This document shows, in pieces, positions 34,854 through 44,837 of a stretch of DNA of 64,000 nt. A program made the position numbers and the translations under genes. Origin of the DNA: Candidatus Zipacnadia bacterium. GTDB taxonomy: Bacteria; Armatimonadota; Zipacnadia; Zipacnadales; UBA5352. Each line of letters begins with the position of its first letter. Position 1 is the first letter of the stretch. The notes beneath the pieces are model-generated. The model was not told the DNA's origin, searched no databases, and saw only the letters and a program-made list of their open reading frames with translations. Location of the stretch: the NCBI GenBank assembly GCA_029820945.1, contig JALGUJ010000010.1, positions 6,782-70,781 of the forward strand, given 5' to 3'.

Positions 34854-35882
34854 ATGACGTCATACGAGATCATCAGGCGAGTGTTGGAGCACGACCACCC
34901 GCCGCGTATCGGCTTCACCTACTCGAACTTCGACGGGAAGACGCGCCTGCGCGACACCGTCGGCCTCGGCCCGGCGCCCAAGCCGGGCTTCGACGAGAAC
35001 CGCCGCGAGGACGGCATCGGCGGCGAGCTGTGGGAGGACGAGTGGGGCTGCACCTGGCGGCGGCTGATCGACTGGACCAAGGGCGGGGAGGTCGTCGAGC
35101 CCGCCATCACCTGCCGCGAGGACCTGGAGACCTACGAGCCGCCCGACTACGACAACCCCGCCCGCTACGAGCGCGGGCCGGAGATCCGTGAGACCTACCC
35201 GGACCACTACATGCTGGGCACCATCACCGGCTGCTGCTTCAACCGCGCGCGCTACCTGCCGACCTTCGGGACGTATCTCGAGTGGTGCGCGGGCGACCCG
35301 GAGCTGGTGCGGGACATCAACCAGATGGTCAGCGACGTCGTCATGGCCCAGGTGGACATCTACGCCGACATCGGCTGCGACGGCGTGTTCTTCTGCGAGG
35401 ACTGGGGGACGCAGGACCGGCTGCTGGTGAGCCCGGCGATGTGGGACCGGATGTTCAAGTGGACCTTCGAGCGACTCCTCGACCGCGCTCACGGCCACGG
35501 GATGACCGTGTGGATGCACTCATGCGGTTGCATGACGGACATCATCCCGCCGCTGGTGCAGTTGGGCATGGACCTCTTCCAGTTCGATCAGCCGGAGGTG
35601 CACGGGATTGACACCCTGGCGGAGTTCGCGGATCGCACCACCTTCTGGCTGCCGGTGGACATCCAGAAGATCCTGCCGACCGGCGACGAGGAGCTGATCC
35701 GGGCCAAGGCGCGCGAGATGGTGGCGAAGCTGGGCCAGAACGGCGGCTTCATCGCCAAGGACTACGGCGACAATGCCTCCATCGGCGTGGATCCGCTCTG
35801 GCAGCACTGGGGCTACGAGGAGTTCAAGCAGGTCGGCGTCTTCGACCCCGCCGAGGCGGACCTCGACGCCGAGGAGCTGTGA
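34854..35882 (+). CDS. URO-D family protein (MtaA/CmuA-like fold), second copy
   Basis: About 342 aa. Motifs VFFCEDWGTQ and WMHSCG. General URO-D-like layout. Divergent from the MFS gene. Confidence 0.65.
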   Translation: MTSYEIIRRVLEHDHPPRIGFTYSNFDGKTRLRDTVGLGPAPKPGFDENRREDGIGGELWEDEWGCTWRRLIDWTKGGEVVEPAITCREDLETYEPPDYDNPARYERGPEIRETYPDHYMLGTITGCCFNRARYLPTFGTYLEWCAGDPELVRDINQMVSDVVMAQVDIYADIGCDGVFFCEDWGTQDRLLVSPAMWDRMFKWTFERLLDRAHGHGMTVWMHSCGCMTDIIPPLVQLGMDLFQFDQPEVHGIDTLAEFADRTTFWLPVDIQKILPTGDEELIRAKAREMVAKLGQNGGFIAKDYGDNASIGVDPLWQHWGYEEFKQVGVFDPAEADLDAEEL

Positions 35883-35886
35883 CGGC

Positions 35887-37956
35887 ATGGAACGGATGCT
35901 GGTGATGCTCATGTGCCTGGTGGTCATCCTCGCCGCACGCCGGTCGGGCGCGGCCGCGCCGCGCGCCGTCATCCAGGCGGAGGAGACCATCCACACCTGG
36001 ACCAACGCCGGCAACGGCTCCTCGCCGCTGTGGACCTACGGATCGAGCACACTGGTGCGGCGCGGCGATGACCTGTTCTTCAGCGCCATCGAACTCATCC
36101 CGGACGCCCGGCCGCTCAACAACGTGCGGTGGGCGCTGATGCAGCGCACCGAGGATGGCTGGCGGGTGGTGCAGCGCGACGAGGCGGACCGCACGCGCGA
36201 GAACTCACCCATCGGCGTCATGCGCGACGGCCGCATCTTCATGTCCGTCAACCCCACGCTCGTGCCCGGCGAGCGCGCCGGTCCGGCCGAGCCGCGCATC
36301 CTCGTCTTCCCCGCCGACGACCTCAGCGGCCCCTTCGAGACCCTCATCCCGCCCTGGGACGGGGCGCCCGAGTTCACCGAGCACTCCTACCGAGGCTTCT
36401 GCGTGGACGCCGAGCACGGAGAGTGCCTCATCACCCACCAGGAGGACCACCACGCCCAGCACTGGGCGTTTCTCGGCCGCGATGGCGAGTGGACGACGGG
36501 CAGCCTCGTCTTCCCCGATCCGCCCGAGTACCGGCGCGAGAAGCTGCGCTACCTCTACCCGTGCTTGGCGCTCAGGGATCGGGCCGCCTACGTCTTTGCC
36601 CGCAGCGGCGCCCGCGAGCCCATCGACGAATGGTACGAGTACAAGCAGCAGTTCGGCGGCAAGAACGTATCCCGACGGCGCCTCGCGTTCTCCTGGACGC
36701 CCGATATCACGACGCGGCCGCTGTGCGACTGGATCGAGCTGGTCAACGTCATGGATCACGGGGGCGAGGTGTGGAACTGCGACCTCTACGTGGCCCCCAA
36801 CGGTGACGCGCACATCCTGTGGTTCGAGATCAGCGTTCAGCCCGCGCTCCGCTCCGAGTTCTTCCCGGATGTGCCCATCCGCCGCTACCTGAAGCACGGA
36901 GTCGTGCGCGACGGCGAGCTGGTCTCCGTCAACACGCTCGTCGAGGGCGGCGAGGGCTCCCCCGGCCGCCCGCACTGGGGACGCTTCCACGTGACCGCCG
37001 ACGGCCGCGTCTTCCTGCTCTACACCTGGTGGTGCCCGCCCTCGTCGGAGGACGCCGGGAACCACACCATGCTCCTCGAGGTCCTGCCGGACGGCTCATG
37101 CTCCGAGCCCGTCGAGCTCCCGCTCGTGCGGCCGCTGGGTGACCTCTTCATGCTCGCGAACCCGCGCGGCGGCTCCCCGCCATCGGGCGTCATCGAGGCC
37201 GTAGACACGATGTGGGCCGACGAAGCGCCGGTTCGCTACGTGCGCATCGCCCTGAGCGACGCGGCGCCGCTGGTGCGTATCGAGGGCCAGACGATGCTCC
37301 TGCCCGGCGAGGGCCGCACCGTCCACCTGCGCGCGACGGTCGAGGACCCCCAGGACGATGTCACGGGCGTCACATGGCGACTGCCCGGCGGCGGTACCGC
37401 GCAGGGCGAGGAGCTTAGCTGGACCGCCGAGGAACGCGACACCGTCGAGCTGCAGGCGGTCGCGACCGACGCCGCGGGCAACAGCGGCCTGGCGACCGTC
37501 CTGGTGAGTGTGCCCCCGGCGCAACTCGCGGACGCGCGTGAGCCGGTCATCATCGAGGCCGAGGACTTCGTCGGCCACGGCGGTGGCGAGGCTCAGCGCG
37601 TCAACATCCGCGGGAACCACGCGCGTTGCCTGCGGGGCTGGCGAACGGAGGGCCAGTGGCTGGAGTGGCGCTTCGAGGTCGCGGCCGAGGGCGAGTACCG
37701 CCTGTACGCCCGCTACGCCGCCTCGGCCCCGGGCATGCGGCTGGCGGTCGCCGTTGACGGCGCCTGGCCCGGCGCGGCCTTCGAGGATATCGCCTGCGCT
37801 GCCACGGGGATGGCCGGCGAGTACTGGAGCGACTGGGCGTGGGCGCACCTCGGGCCGCCGATGCGTCTGACCGCCGGCGAGCACGTGCTGCGCCTGACCG
37901 CCATCGCGGGCGACCCGTACCTCGACATGCTGGCCATCGCCCGTATCACGCCCTGA
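35887..37956 (+). CDS. secreted hypothetical protein with a PKD-like domain and a C-terminal CBM6/CBM35-like carbohydrate-binding module
   Basis: Signal peptide MERMLVMLMCLVVILAA. The C-terminal block IIEAEDF...GQWLEWRFEV..EGEYRLYARYA is typical of a CBM6/35 jelly roll. The N-terminal 450 aa match no family I recognise. Confidence 0.6.
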   Translation: MERMLVMLMCLVVILAARRSGAAAPRAVIQAEETIHTWTNAGNGSSPLWTYGSSTLVRRGDDLFFSAIELIPDARPLNNVRWALMQRTEDGWRVVQRDEADRTRENSPIGVMRDGRIFMSVNPTLVPGERAGPAEPRILVFPADDLSGPFETLIPPWDGAPEFTEHSYRGFCVDAEHGECLITHQEDHHAQHWAFLGRDGEWTTGSLVFPDPPEYRREKLRYLYPCLALRDRAAYVFARSGAREPIDEWYEYKQQFGGKNVSRRRLAFSWTPDITTRPLCDWIELVNVMDHGGEVWNCDLYVAPNGDAHILWFEISVQPALRSEFFPDVPIRRYLKHGVVRDGELVSVNTLVEGGEGSPGRPHWGRFHVTADGRVFLLYTWWCPPSSEDAGNHTMLLEVLPDGSCSEPVELPLVRPLGDLFMLANPRGGSPPSGVIEAVDTMWADEAPVRYVRIALSDAAPLVRIEGQTMLLPGEGRTVHLRATVEDPQDDVTGVTWRLPGGGTAQGEELSWTAEERDTVELQAVATDAAGNSGLATVLVSVPPAQLADAREPVIIEAEDFVGHGGGEAQRVNIRGNHARCLRGWRTEGQWLEWRFEVAAEGEYRLYARYAASAPGMRLAVAVDGAWPGAAFEDIACAATGMAGEYWSDWAWAHLGPPMRLTAGEHVLRLTAIAGDPYLDMLAIARITP

Positions 37957-37981
37957 CACCAACCTGAGAGGAGCGCACGCG

Positions 37982-39889
37982 ATGAACCTATTCGACTGGC
38001 TCTGTGATGAGGCGAAAGCAATCTCGGCCGAGGCCATGCTCATCCCCCCGAGCAAGCAGCAGCTCGAATGGTCCGAGGACGAGCGGCGCACGCGCTGGCT
38101 GCAGTGCCTCGGGCTCTGGCCGCTGCCCGAGCGAACTCCGCTTGAGGCCGAGGTGACCGGCACGCTGGAGCGCGACGACTACCTGCTCGAGAAGGTCCAC
38201 TTCCAGTCCGTGCCCGGGGCGCACGTGGCGGGCAACATCTACCGGCCGAAGGAGATCGACGAGCCGCTGCCCGCCGTGCTGTATCTGTGCGGCCATACGC
38301 GGGGCAAGGTTAACCTCACCTACCAGCAGAACCCCCGCTGGTTCGGCGCGCACGGCTACGTGACGCTTGTGGTCGATCCCATTCAGCTCGGCGAGTGCCA
38401 GGGCTTCCACCACGGGACCTACCACATGGGCCGCTGGGACTGGATCAGCCGCGGCTACACGCCCGCGGGCGCCGAGGTGTGGAACGGCATGCGGGCGCTC
38501 GACTACCTCGCCTCGCGCGACGACGTGGACGCCGACCGCATGGGCGTGACGGGCCTCTCGGGCGGCGGCGTCATCTCCTGGGACCTGGCGGCCGCCGACA
38601 CGCGCATCAAGTGCTGCGTCCCGGTCTGCCAGACCGGGGACATGGAGCAGCTCATCTGCGACCGCTGCATCGACGGCCACTGCGACTGCGCCCACTTCGT
38701 CAACTACTACCGCTGGGATACCGCCCATATCGGCGCGCTCATCGCGCCCAGGCCCCTGCTGGTCGCCGCGGGAGCCGACGACGCGCTCTGGCGACCCTAC
38801 GCCTACAAGCACCAGGTCCACCGCATCCGCCGGGTGTACGAGGCCATGGGCGCGGCCGAGATGTGTCGGCTCGTCGAGGACCTGAGCTTCCACGGCTACA
38901 CGCCCACGCTGCGCAGGGCTATCTTCGAGTGGTTCAACCGCCACCTGAAGGGCGATGAGACACCGGTCGAGGACGACGTCACGGACTTCGACGAGCCGGA
39001 GGAGAACCTGCTGGTCTTCGGCGGCGATCTTCCCGAGGATGACACGATGGGGGAGATCGAGAAGCTGCTGATCCCGCCCGCGCGTCCGATCGAGGTCCGT
39101 TCCGAGGAGCAGTGGGCCGCGCACCAGGAGGACGCCGTCAAGCGCCTGCGCGCGGTGAGCTTCCGGCAGATACCCGATCCGGTGCGGCCGAAGGTGCGGT
39201 TCGCGCGCGACGAGGGCGGCAGTGGCGGCGTCATCGGCTATCGCTTCGACCTTGACCCCGGCGACGGCTTCGAGGTCCGCGCGCACCTGGTGGTCCCGAA
39301 GGCGCGCACTATCGGGCTGCCAGCGCTGGTGACCACGATGCGCGAGGCGCGGTCGCCCTACTTCGGCGGCGGGCGGGACCGGCCGGCCGCGGGCGAGGGC
39401 ATCGCCGGCGGCACGGTTGAGGTGCGTGGGACCGCCTCGACCTCCATCGGCGAGGGCCTGACGTGGACGGTCCGCCGCGGCATGGTCATCTGCGGCTTCA
39501 CGGTGCCCGAGCGGCAGATCCTCGATCTGCTCGCGGGCCTGCAGGTGCTGCGCGCGCAGGACGCGGTGGCGGAGACGGCGGTCTTCGGCACCGGCCTGTG
39601 GTGTGTGCAGGCGATCTACGCGGCGATCCTGGATCCGGAGGTGAGCGAGGTCGTGCTGGAGGACCCGCCGGCCTCACACGAGGAGCCCGACACGCCGGAG
39701 ATCATGGGTGTTCTGCGCGTGGGCGACCTGCCGCAGAACCTGGCGCTGGTCTTCCCGCGGCCGATCACCTTCGTGGGGGAGATCCCGGAGGCCTACCGGT
39801 GGACCGCGGACGTGTATGAGCAGTTGGGGATGGGCGACCGCATCCGCGTGATCGACGGGGTGGCTGACTGGCGGCCGGCGGAGGTGTGA
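37982..39889 (+). CDS. alpha/beta-hydrolase, acetyl-xylan-esterase (AXE1)-like, two-domain
   Basis: Nucleophile elbow GLSGGG. Blocks LYLCGH.. and WNGMRALDYLASRDDVD parallel the two esterases at 27790-32242. Confidence 0.7.
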   Translation: MNLFDWLCDEAKAISAEAMLIPPSKQQLEWSEDERRTRWLQCLGLWPLPERTPLEAEVTGTLERDDYLLEKVHFQSVPGAHVAGNIYRPKEIDEPLPAVLYLCGHTRGKVNLTYQQNPRWFGAHGYVTLVVDPIQLGECQGFHHGTYHMGRWDWISRGYTPAGAEVWNGMRALDYLASRDDVDADRMGVTGLSGGGVISWDLAAADTRIKCCVPVCQTGDMEQLICDRCIDGHCDCAHFVNYYRWDTAHIGALIAPRPLLVAAGADDALWRPYAYKHQVHRIRRVYEAMGAAEMCRLVEDLSFHGYTPTLRRAIFEWFNRHLKGDETPVEDDVTDFDEPEENLLVFGGDLPEDDTMGEIEKLLIPPARPIEVRSEEQWAAHQEDAVKRLRAVSFRQIPDPVRPKVRFARDEGGSGGVIGYRFDLDPGDGFEVRAHLVVPKARTIGLPALVTTMREARSPYFGGGRDRPAAGEGIAGGTVEVRGTASTSIGEGLTWTVRRGMVICGFTVPERQILDLLAGLQVLRAQDAVAETAVFGTGLWCVQAIYAAILDPEVSEVVLEDPPASHEEPDTPEIMGVLRVGDLPQNLALVFPRPITFVGEIPEAYRWTADVYEQLGMGDRIRVIDGVADWRPAEV

Positions 39890-40181
39890 GCGAAGAGTCG
39901 GGCGGGGAGGGTCACTTGCCCCTCCTCAGAGCGCATGCATCAGCCACAACGTCCGCTACCGTGGGCGCCGCCCAGAGGAGCCGACGTGGCCTAGGACCCG
40001 GCCTGGCATGAGATGCTGAGACGACCTTGGCGACCGGGATGCTGACGGTGGGGGCTGAGCCGGACCTTCACCGTCAATGCGCATCATGACGCCGATCAGC
40101 TTGCCTACGAGGGAACCACGACCTCGGATGTCACCGGCGCTGAGGCGACCGCGCAGAGCCGGTTGAGAGAAGTGATTGCCC

Positions 40182-43100
40182 ATGCCCTCACGAGTGCGTC
40201 CGGCACTCGTCATCCTCATGCTTCCCAGTCTGGCCTGCCATGCGGACACACCGGTCGCGTACCAGCCGGATATCGTCGGTGTGGGCCGGCTCTTCCTTGT
40301 TGCGCTCGATGTGCCGATCGAGGCCCCAGCGCTGGAGATCGACGTGCCCGATACGGTCGAGCTGCTCGACCGCACACCTCTCCCCACCGACGGGGCGCTC
40401 CGGAAGTATTACTTCCGCAGCCTCCAGCCGGCGGAGCGAACGGAGATCGTCTTCGCGCATCCGCAGGGGGAGGTCACGATCCCGATCGAGATCTGGTCCT
40501 TCGAGGACCTGCGCGAGTTCCGGACGCTCAAGGGAACGCAGCTTCCCCGCCGCTGGCCGCTGGGGGAGGAGCTGCCGGAGCTCAAGCAGGGGCAGACAAT
40601 CACCACCGACGCCGACAGGGAGGCCGCGAGGCAGGGCGATCCGCCGGGCGAGAACTGGCTGGAGCTGTCCGACGAGCAGGTCTGGGACCTGCAGCCGGAC
40701 AGCACCATCCCGCGCTGGCACTACGTGAATCTCCGCGACGGCTGCCCAATCCACGGCAAGGAGATATACAGGGAAGCCGCGTGGTATCCGTGGCTTCATC
40801 CCGATGAATCCGGGGAGAAGAGCAAGCGGCCTGTCATTCCATATCTCTGGAAGCTCAAGTGCCCGATCGGCGGCGAGATCTACCCCACGAATGACTTCGC
40901 GCACGGTGATTTCACCAGCGGTGAGTTCCCCGACGACGGCATCGGTGGTGGCTGTGAGTATCAGGGCAAGCGCTATGGCTTCATCGCTGAGATCTGCCAG
41001 TCATACTGTCATATCCCGCTGGGGCTGGTGCCCGCATGCGCGGCCGGCTACCTCGCCACCGAGGATGTCCGCTACGTGCACAAAGCCCTGGTCGCCATGT
41101 CTCGCATGGCAGTCGAGTACGCGTACCTCGCGACGATGACCCAGCACAGGCATCGGAACACACGGGATCAGGTGGTCCGCCTCGGCCCCGCTCCGTTCAG
41201 CGAAGGACCGTGCCTGTTCCGCAGCGGCTTCACGGTCTACTGCATCTCACAGCCGCACTACCAGAAGCGATGGGCGGAGGCCTATGACCGGATCTTCCCC
41301 GCCATCGAGCAGGATGACAGGATCCTGCCCTTCCTCCGGTCGAAAGGCTTCGACCTGGAGAGCCACGAGGACCTGCGGCGCTTCCTGGAGGAGAACCTGT
41401 TCGCGGTGTGGATGCAGGGCGCGATGGACGGCGCCACAAAGTCCAACGAGCCCGCCAGCCAGATGGCGCTGGCGCGGATGGCGGAATGCCTCAACTATGA
41501 GCGCGGCGACGAGTTCATGGAGTGGCTCTACAACGGTGGCGGCCAGATGCGGCACTTCGTGACGAACACCTTCTTCCGCGACGGCGCTCCGTGGGAGGCG
41601 ACCGGCGGATACAATGGCACGCACGTCCGTGCCATCGCCCCGGTCGTCGAGAGTGTGGCCCACCTGCGCGAGATGCGCCCGGAGGTCTATCCCGAAGCGC
41701 GGTTCCCGGAGATCGCGCACAGCCGGCGGTACCGGAGCATCTTCGACTTCGCGATGAACACCGTCACCATCGACCGGACCTACCCCAAGATCGGCGACGA
41801 TACGGCCGGACGCGGGTACGACGCGTCATTCCCATACTATCACGAGATGCCACGGCGGACGTGGCAGAACGGGGGCGCGGCGGCCTTTGAGCACGCGTAC
41901 GAGCTGTTCGAGGAGCCGAAGTTCGCGTGGGCGCTGGCCAACGCGCCCGGCTGGGAGCCATCGCCGGACTTCCCCTACTCGCGCGAGGAGATCGAGGCGG
42001 CCGCCGCCCGGTGGCCCGATGACTGGAATGACGACAGCGGCCTGGAGGATGGCTACGGTCTGGCGATACTGCGAGGCGGCCGGGGGGACGCCAAGCGCGC
42101 GCTGTGGATGATGTACGGCCAGTACCGCGGGCACCGTCATTCGGACGTGATGCACATGGGCCTGGACGCGCAGCGCAGCGAGATCCTCGGGCAGCTAGGG
42201 TATCCGCGGGGTCGTGACTGGACGTACTGCTGGATCACGCATAACCTGGCGCGGCAGATCCCGTACGTGGCGCTGACGGGTGTGTGCGAGTACATGGCGG
42301 ACGCCGGTCCGGTGCACGTCGCGGAGGTACGCGCGCAGGGGTTCGTCGATCGGGTCAGCGAGGGCGAGGGATACGAGCTTCCGCCCGACGACTGGCAGCG
42401 GCGCACGCTGGCGATTGTGGACGTTTCGGAGACAGAATCGTACTACGTGGACCTCTACCGCATCTCGGGCGGGACGGACCACTGGTGGTCATTCCACTGC
42501 CAGCAGGGCGAGTTCAGCACCGAGGGGCTGGACCTTAAGCGGCAGCAGGGCGGGACACTCGCGGGCGCGGCTCTGGCATACGGCGAGGACCCGTGGGGCT
42601 GGGACGAGTCGCTGTACCGCTCGAAGCAGGCGCTGCGGATGCCGCCGATGTACGGGTTCGCGCACCTCTACAATGTCTCGCGCGACACCGACCCGCAGGG
42701 GGTGTGGAGCGCGGACTGGATGCTGGAGAACTCCGATCGCCTCCACTTCCGCATGACTGTTCCTCAAGCTGATGCAGCCGAGGTGGCGATCTGTGACGGC
42801 AAGTCGCCCACCGGGGGCTCACCGTACGAGATGAAATGGGTGATGATCCACAACGCGGATGACGAGCCGGCGAGGACGCAGGTCGCGAACGTCATGGAGC
42901 TGTACCGCCGCGATCCGCTCATCCGCTCGGTGCGCGCGCTGGAGCTGTCAGGCCAGGATGAGCACGGCTTCGGCGCCTGGGGGCTTGTGGTGGAGCTGCG
43001 CAATGGGCGTACCGACTGGATCTTCGCCGCCGCGGACCCGTCGGCGGTGCATACCGCAGCCGGCGGCTTCGAGTTCGCCGGGCGGTTTGGTCTCTACTCC

Positions 43101-43697
43101 GAGCGAGAGGGCGCGCCACCGCAGCTCGTGCTCGTGGGAGGCACGCGTCTCACCAGGGATGGCTCGGGCATCGTCCGCGAGCAGGGGGAGTACCGGGCCG
43201 AGATCGTGGCCGTGGACCGCGAGGAGCACAGCATCACCATCGCACCCGCGCCGGCCGATCCTCAGGCGCTCGTCGGGCGGTTCGTCCACATCAGCAACCC
43301 GGTTCGCCGGGTGGCATATGAGGTGCTGAGCGCCGAGCCGACGGATGATGGCGCCAGGCTGCACCTGGGCTACGACTCGCGCATCGGGACGGGGAAGGTC
43401 ATCGGGCATGCCGACCACCTTGTCAAGACCGATACGCCGTTCCGGCTGGCCGGATATCGCTACTACCACGGCGCGCGGCTGGTCAATGCCGAGCAGAGCG
43501 CGGAGTACCGCATGATCGATGTGCATGGGAGCTGGGTGGACGTGGACGCGAACGCACATCCGGAGTGCACCGCGCAGACACTGCAGGAGCAGTTCCCGGC
43601 CGACTCGTGGTTCGAGATATTCGACTACGGCGTCGGGGATGCGGTCACCTGCGCGGAAATCGCTCGACTGCCCGGCGATGCCGGGGCGCGGCAGTAG
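40182..43697 (+). CDS. large secreted heparinase II/III-like polysaccharide lyase family protein
   Basis: Signal peptide MPSRVRPALVILMLPSLACHA. The central block YGQYRGHRHSDVMHMGLDAQRSEILGQLGYP resembles the heparinase II/III GH.H.D motif. Alpha-rich middle and beta-rich C-terminus. ATG 40182 is preferred over TTG 40176. Confidence 0.6.
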   Translation: MPSRVRPALVILMLPSLACHADTPVAYQPDIVGVGRLFLVALDVPIEAPALEIDVPDTVELLDRTPLPTDGALRKYYFRSLQPAERTEIVFAHPQGEVTIPIEIWSFEDLREFRTLKGTQLPRRWPLGEELPELKQGQTITTDADREAARQGDPPGENWLELSDEQVWDLQPDSTIPRWHYVNLRDGCPIHGKEIYREAAWYPWLHPDESGEKSKRPVIPYLWKLKCPIGGEIYPTNDFAHGDFTSGEFPDDGIGGGCEYQGKRYGFIAEICQSYCHIPLGLVPACAAGYLATEDVRYVHKALVAMSRMAVEYAYLATMTQHRHRNTRDQVVRLGPAPFSEGPCLFRSGFTVYCISQPHYQKRWAEAYDRIFPAIEQDDRILPFLRSKGFDLESHEDLRRFLEENLFAVWMQGAMDGATKSNEPASQMALARMAECLNYERGDEFMEWLYNGGGQMRHFVTNTFFRDGAPWEATGGYNGTHVRAIAPVVESVAHLREMRPEVYPEARFPEIAHSRRYRSIFDFAMNTVTIDRTYPKIGDDTAGRGYDASFPYYHEMPRRTWQNGGAAAFEHAYELFEEPKFAWALANAPGWEPSPDFPYSREEIEAAAARWPDDWNDDSGLEDGYGLAILRGGRGDAKRALWMMYGQYRGHRHSDVMHMGLDAQRSEILGQLGYPRGRDWTYCWITHNLARQIPYVALTGVCEYMADAGPVHVAEVRAQGFVDRVSEGEGYELPPDDWQRRTLAIVDVSETESYYVDLYRISGGTDHWWSFHCQQGEFSTEGLDLKRQQGGTLAGAALAYGEDPWGWDESLYRSKQALRMPPMYGFAHLYNVSRDTDPQGVWSADWMLENSDRLHFRMTVPQADAAEVAICDGKSPTGGSPYEMKWVMIHNADDEPARTQVANVMELYRRDPLIRSVRALELSGQDEHGFGAWGLVVELRNGRTDWIFAAADPSAVHTAAGGFEFAGRFGLYSEREGAPPQLVLVGGTRLTRDGSGIVREQGEYRAEIVAVDREEHSITIAPAPADPQALVGRFVHISNPVRRVAYEVLSAEPTDDGARLHLGYDSRIGTGKVIGHADHLVKTDTPFRLAGYRYYHGARLVNAEQSAEYRMIDVHGSWVDVDANAHPECTAQTLQEQFPADSWFEIFDYGVGDAVTCAEIARLPGDAGARQ

Positions 43698-43736
43698 CAG
43701 GCCGCCACGAGTGCTCCGCGAACCGGCAGTTGTGCA

Positions 43737-43766
43737 AACGGGGCGCCCTCTTCCGGGCGCCCCGTT
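43737..43766. terminator. bidirectional terminator hairpin between convergent genes
   Basis: AACGGGGCGCCC-TCTTCC-GGGCGCCCCGTT, with a 12-bp stem. Confidence 0.7.
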
Positions 43767-43788
43767 GACGTGTTCCCACGTGTGTGGC

Positions 43789-44304
43789 CTACTCCTCTTC
43801 CTCCGTGGCCGAGGGCGTGAAGACGCGCGCGCCCATCTCGCGGTCGAGCATCAGCATCTGGCCGGTGCCCTCGACCATCTTCACCTGCTCGGCGATGGTG
43901 GAGGTGTTGTCCTCCTCCTCCACCTGCTCCTTCACGTACCACTGCAGGAACTGTGTCGTGGCGTGGTCCTTCAGCTCGATCGCCAGGTCCACGAGATCGT
44001 TGATGCGGCTGGTCACGTACTGCTCGTGCTCGTAGGCGTGCTCGAAGACGGCTGTGGCCGAGTCCCACTCAGTGGGTGGACCCTCGATCGCCGTCAGCTC
44101 GACGCGGCCGCCGCGCTCGCAGACGTAGTTGAAGAACTTGTCCGCGTGGAACAGCTCCTCCTGCGTCTGGGCCTTCATCCACCGGGCCATGCCGTCCAGC
44201 CCCTGGTCCTCGAGCCACGCGGCCATCGAGTAGTAGATATAGGCCGAGTACAGCTCGGCGTTGATCTGCTCGTTGATGGCCTCGACCATCCTCTCGTCTA
44301 TCAT
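43789..44304 (-). CDS. ftn: ferritin (non-heme, Ftn type)
   Basis: Motifs INAELYSAYIYYSMAAW, QEELFHADKF and YEHEQ..T are ferroxidase-centre residues. SD AGGAGGGG. Confidence 0.9.
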   Translation of the reverse strand: MIDERMVEAINEQINAELYSAYIYYSMAAWLEDQGLDGMARWMKAQTQEELFHADKFFNYVCERGGRVELTAIEGPPTEWDSATAVFEHAYEHEQYVTSRINDLVDLAIELKDHATTQFLQWYVKEQVEEEDNTSTIAEQVKMVEGTGQMLMLDREMGARVFTPSATEEEE

Positions 44305-44345
44305 CGTCCGACCCCTCCTGGCATGGTGTTGGCTGGGTACGAGAA

Positions 44346-44368
44346 GCGGCGCCCGTGACGGGCGCCGC
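44346..44368 (-). terminator. hairpin downstream of tRNA-Leu
   Basis: GCGGCGCCCG-TGA-CGGGCGCCGC, followed on the minus strand by TTCTCG. Confidence 0.55.
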
Positions 44369-44381
44369 GAGGTGAGTCAGA

Positions 44382-44469
44382 TGGTGCCGAAGGCCGGATT
44401 CGAACCGGCACGGGGGAGTACCCCACTGCCTCCTGAGGACAGCGTGTCTACCAATTCCACCACTTCGGC
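44382..44469 (-). tRNA. tRNA-Leu (anticodon CAG), class II with long variable arm, CCA encoded
   Basis: The reverse complement folds manually as a cloverleaf: acceptor GCCGAAG/CTTCGGC, anticodon stem CTGTC/GGCAG, loop CTCAGGA, variable arm TGGGGTACTCCCCCGT, T arm GCCGG-TTCGAAT-CCGGC, 3' end ACCA. Confidence 0.95.
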
Positions 44470-44490
44470 CTGTCCCATTTCGACTGGTCC

Positions 44491-44519
44491 ACTATACCGG
44501 ACGTTCGCGCGCCTGTCAA
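44491..44519 (-). promoter_or_regulatory. near-consensus sigma70 promoter TTGACA-17nt-TATAGT for tRNA-Leu
   Basis: The minus strand reads TTGACA GGCGCGCGAACGTCCGG TATAGT. The -10 element ends 21 nt upstream of the tRNA 5' end. Confidence 0.75.
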
Positions 44520-44837
44520 GATCCGCGGCGGCGGCAGAGGGCATCCAGATTCGTGTGGATGCGCGCACCGAGCGGCGACGTCCCGTGCCTGCGCATCCCG
44601 CTCCTGAGCGGGAGGGACGGGGGGGTGAGGCCAACCCCGTTGCGGCGCCAACGCCTGCAGAGCAACGACCTCCGGATGAGGGCGTCCGTGTGTCATCCAC
44701 AGGAATCTCGATGCTCTCGGGGGCAGCAGAATCGGCGACAGAGCCGAGCGATCGTCCTCGGCTTAGCACGGCCTTTCGGGGGGTGTGTACACGTGTCCCA
44801 CCGCCCCCGCGGGCGGCTCCCACCGGACTCGCGGGGG

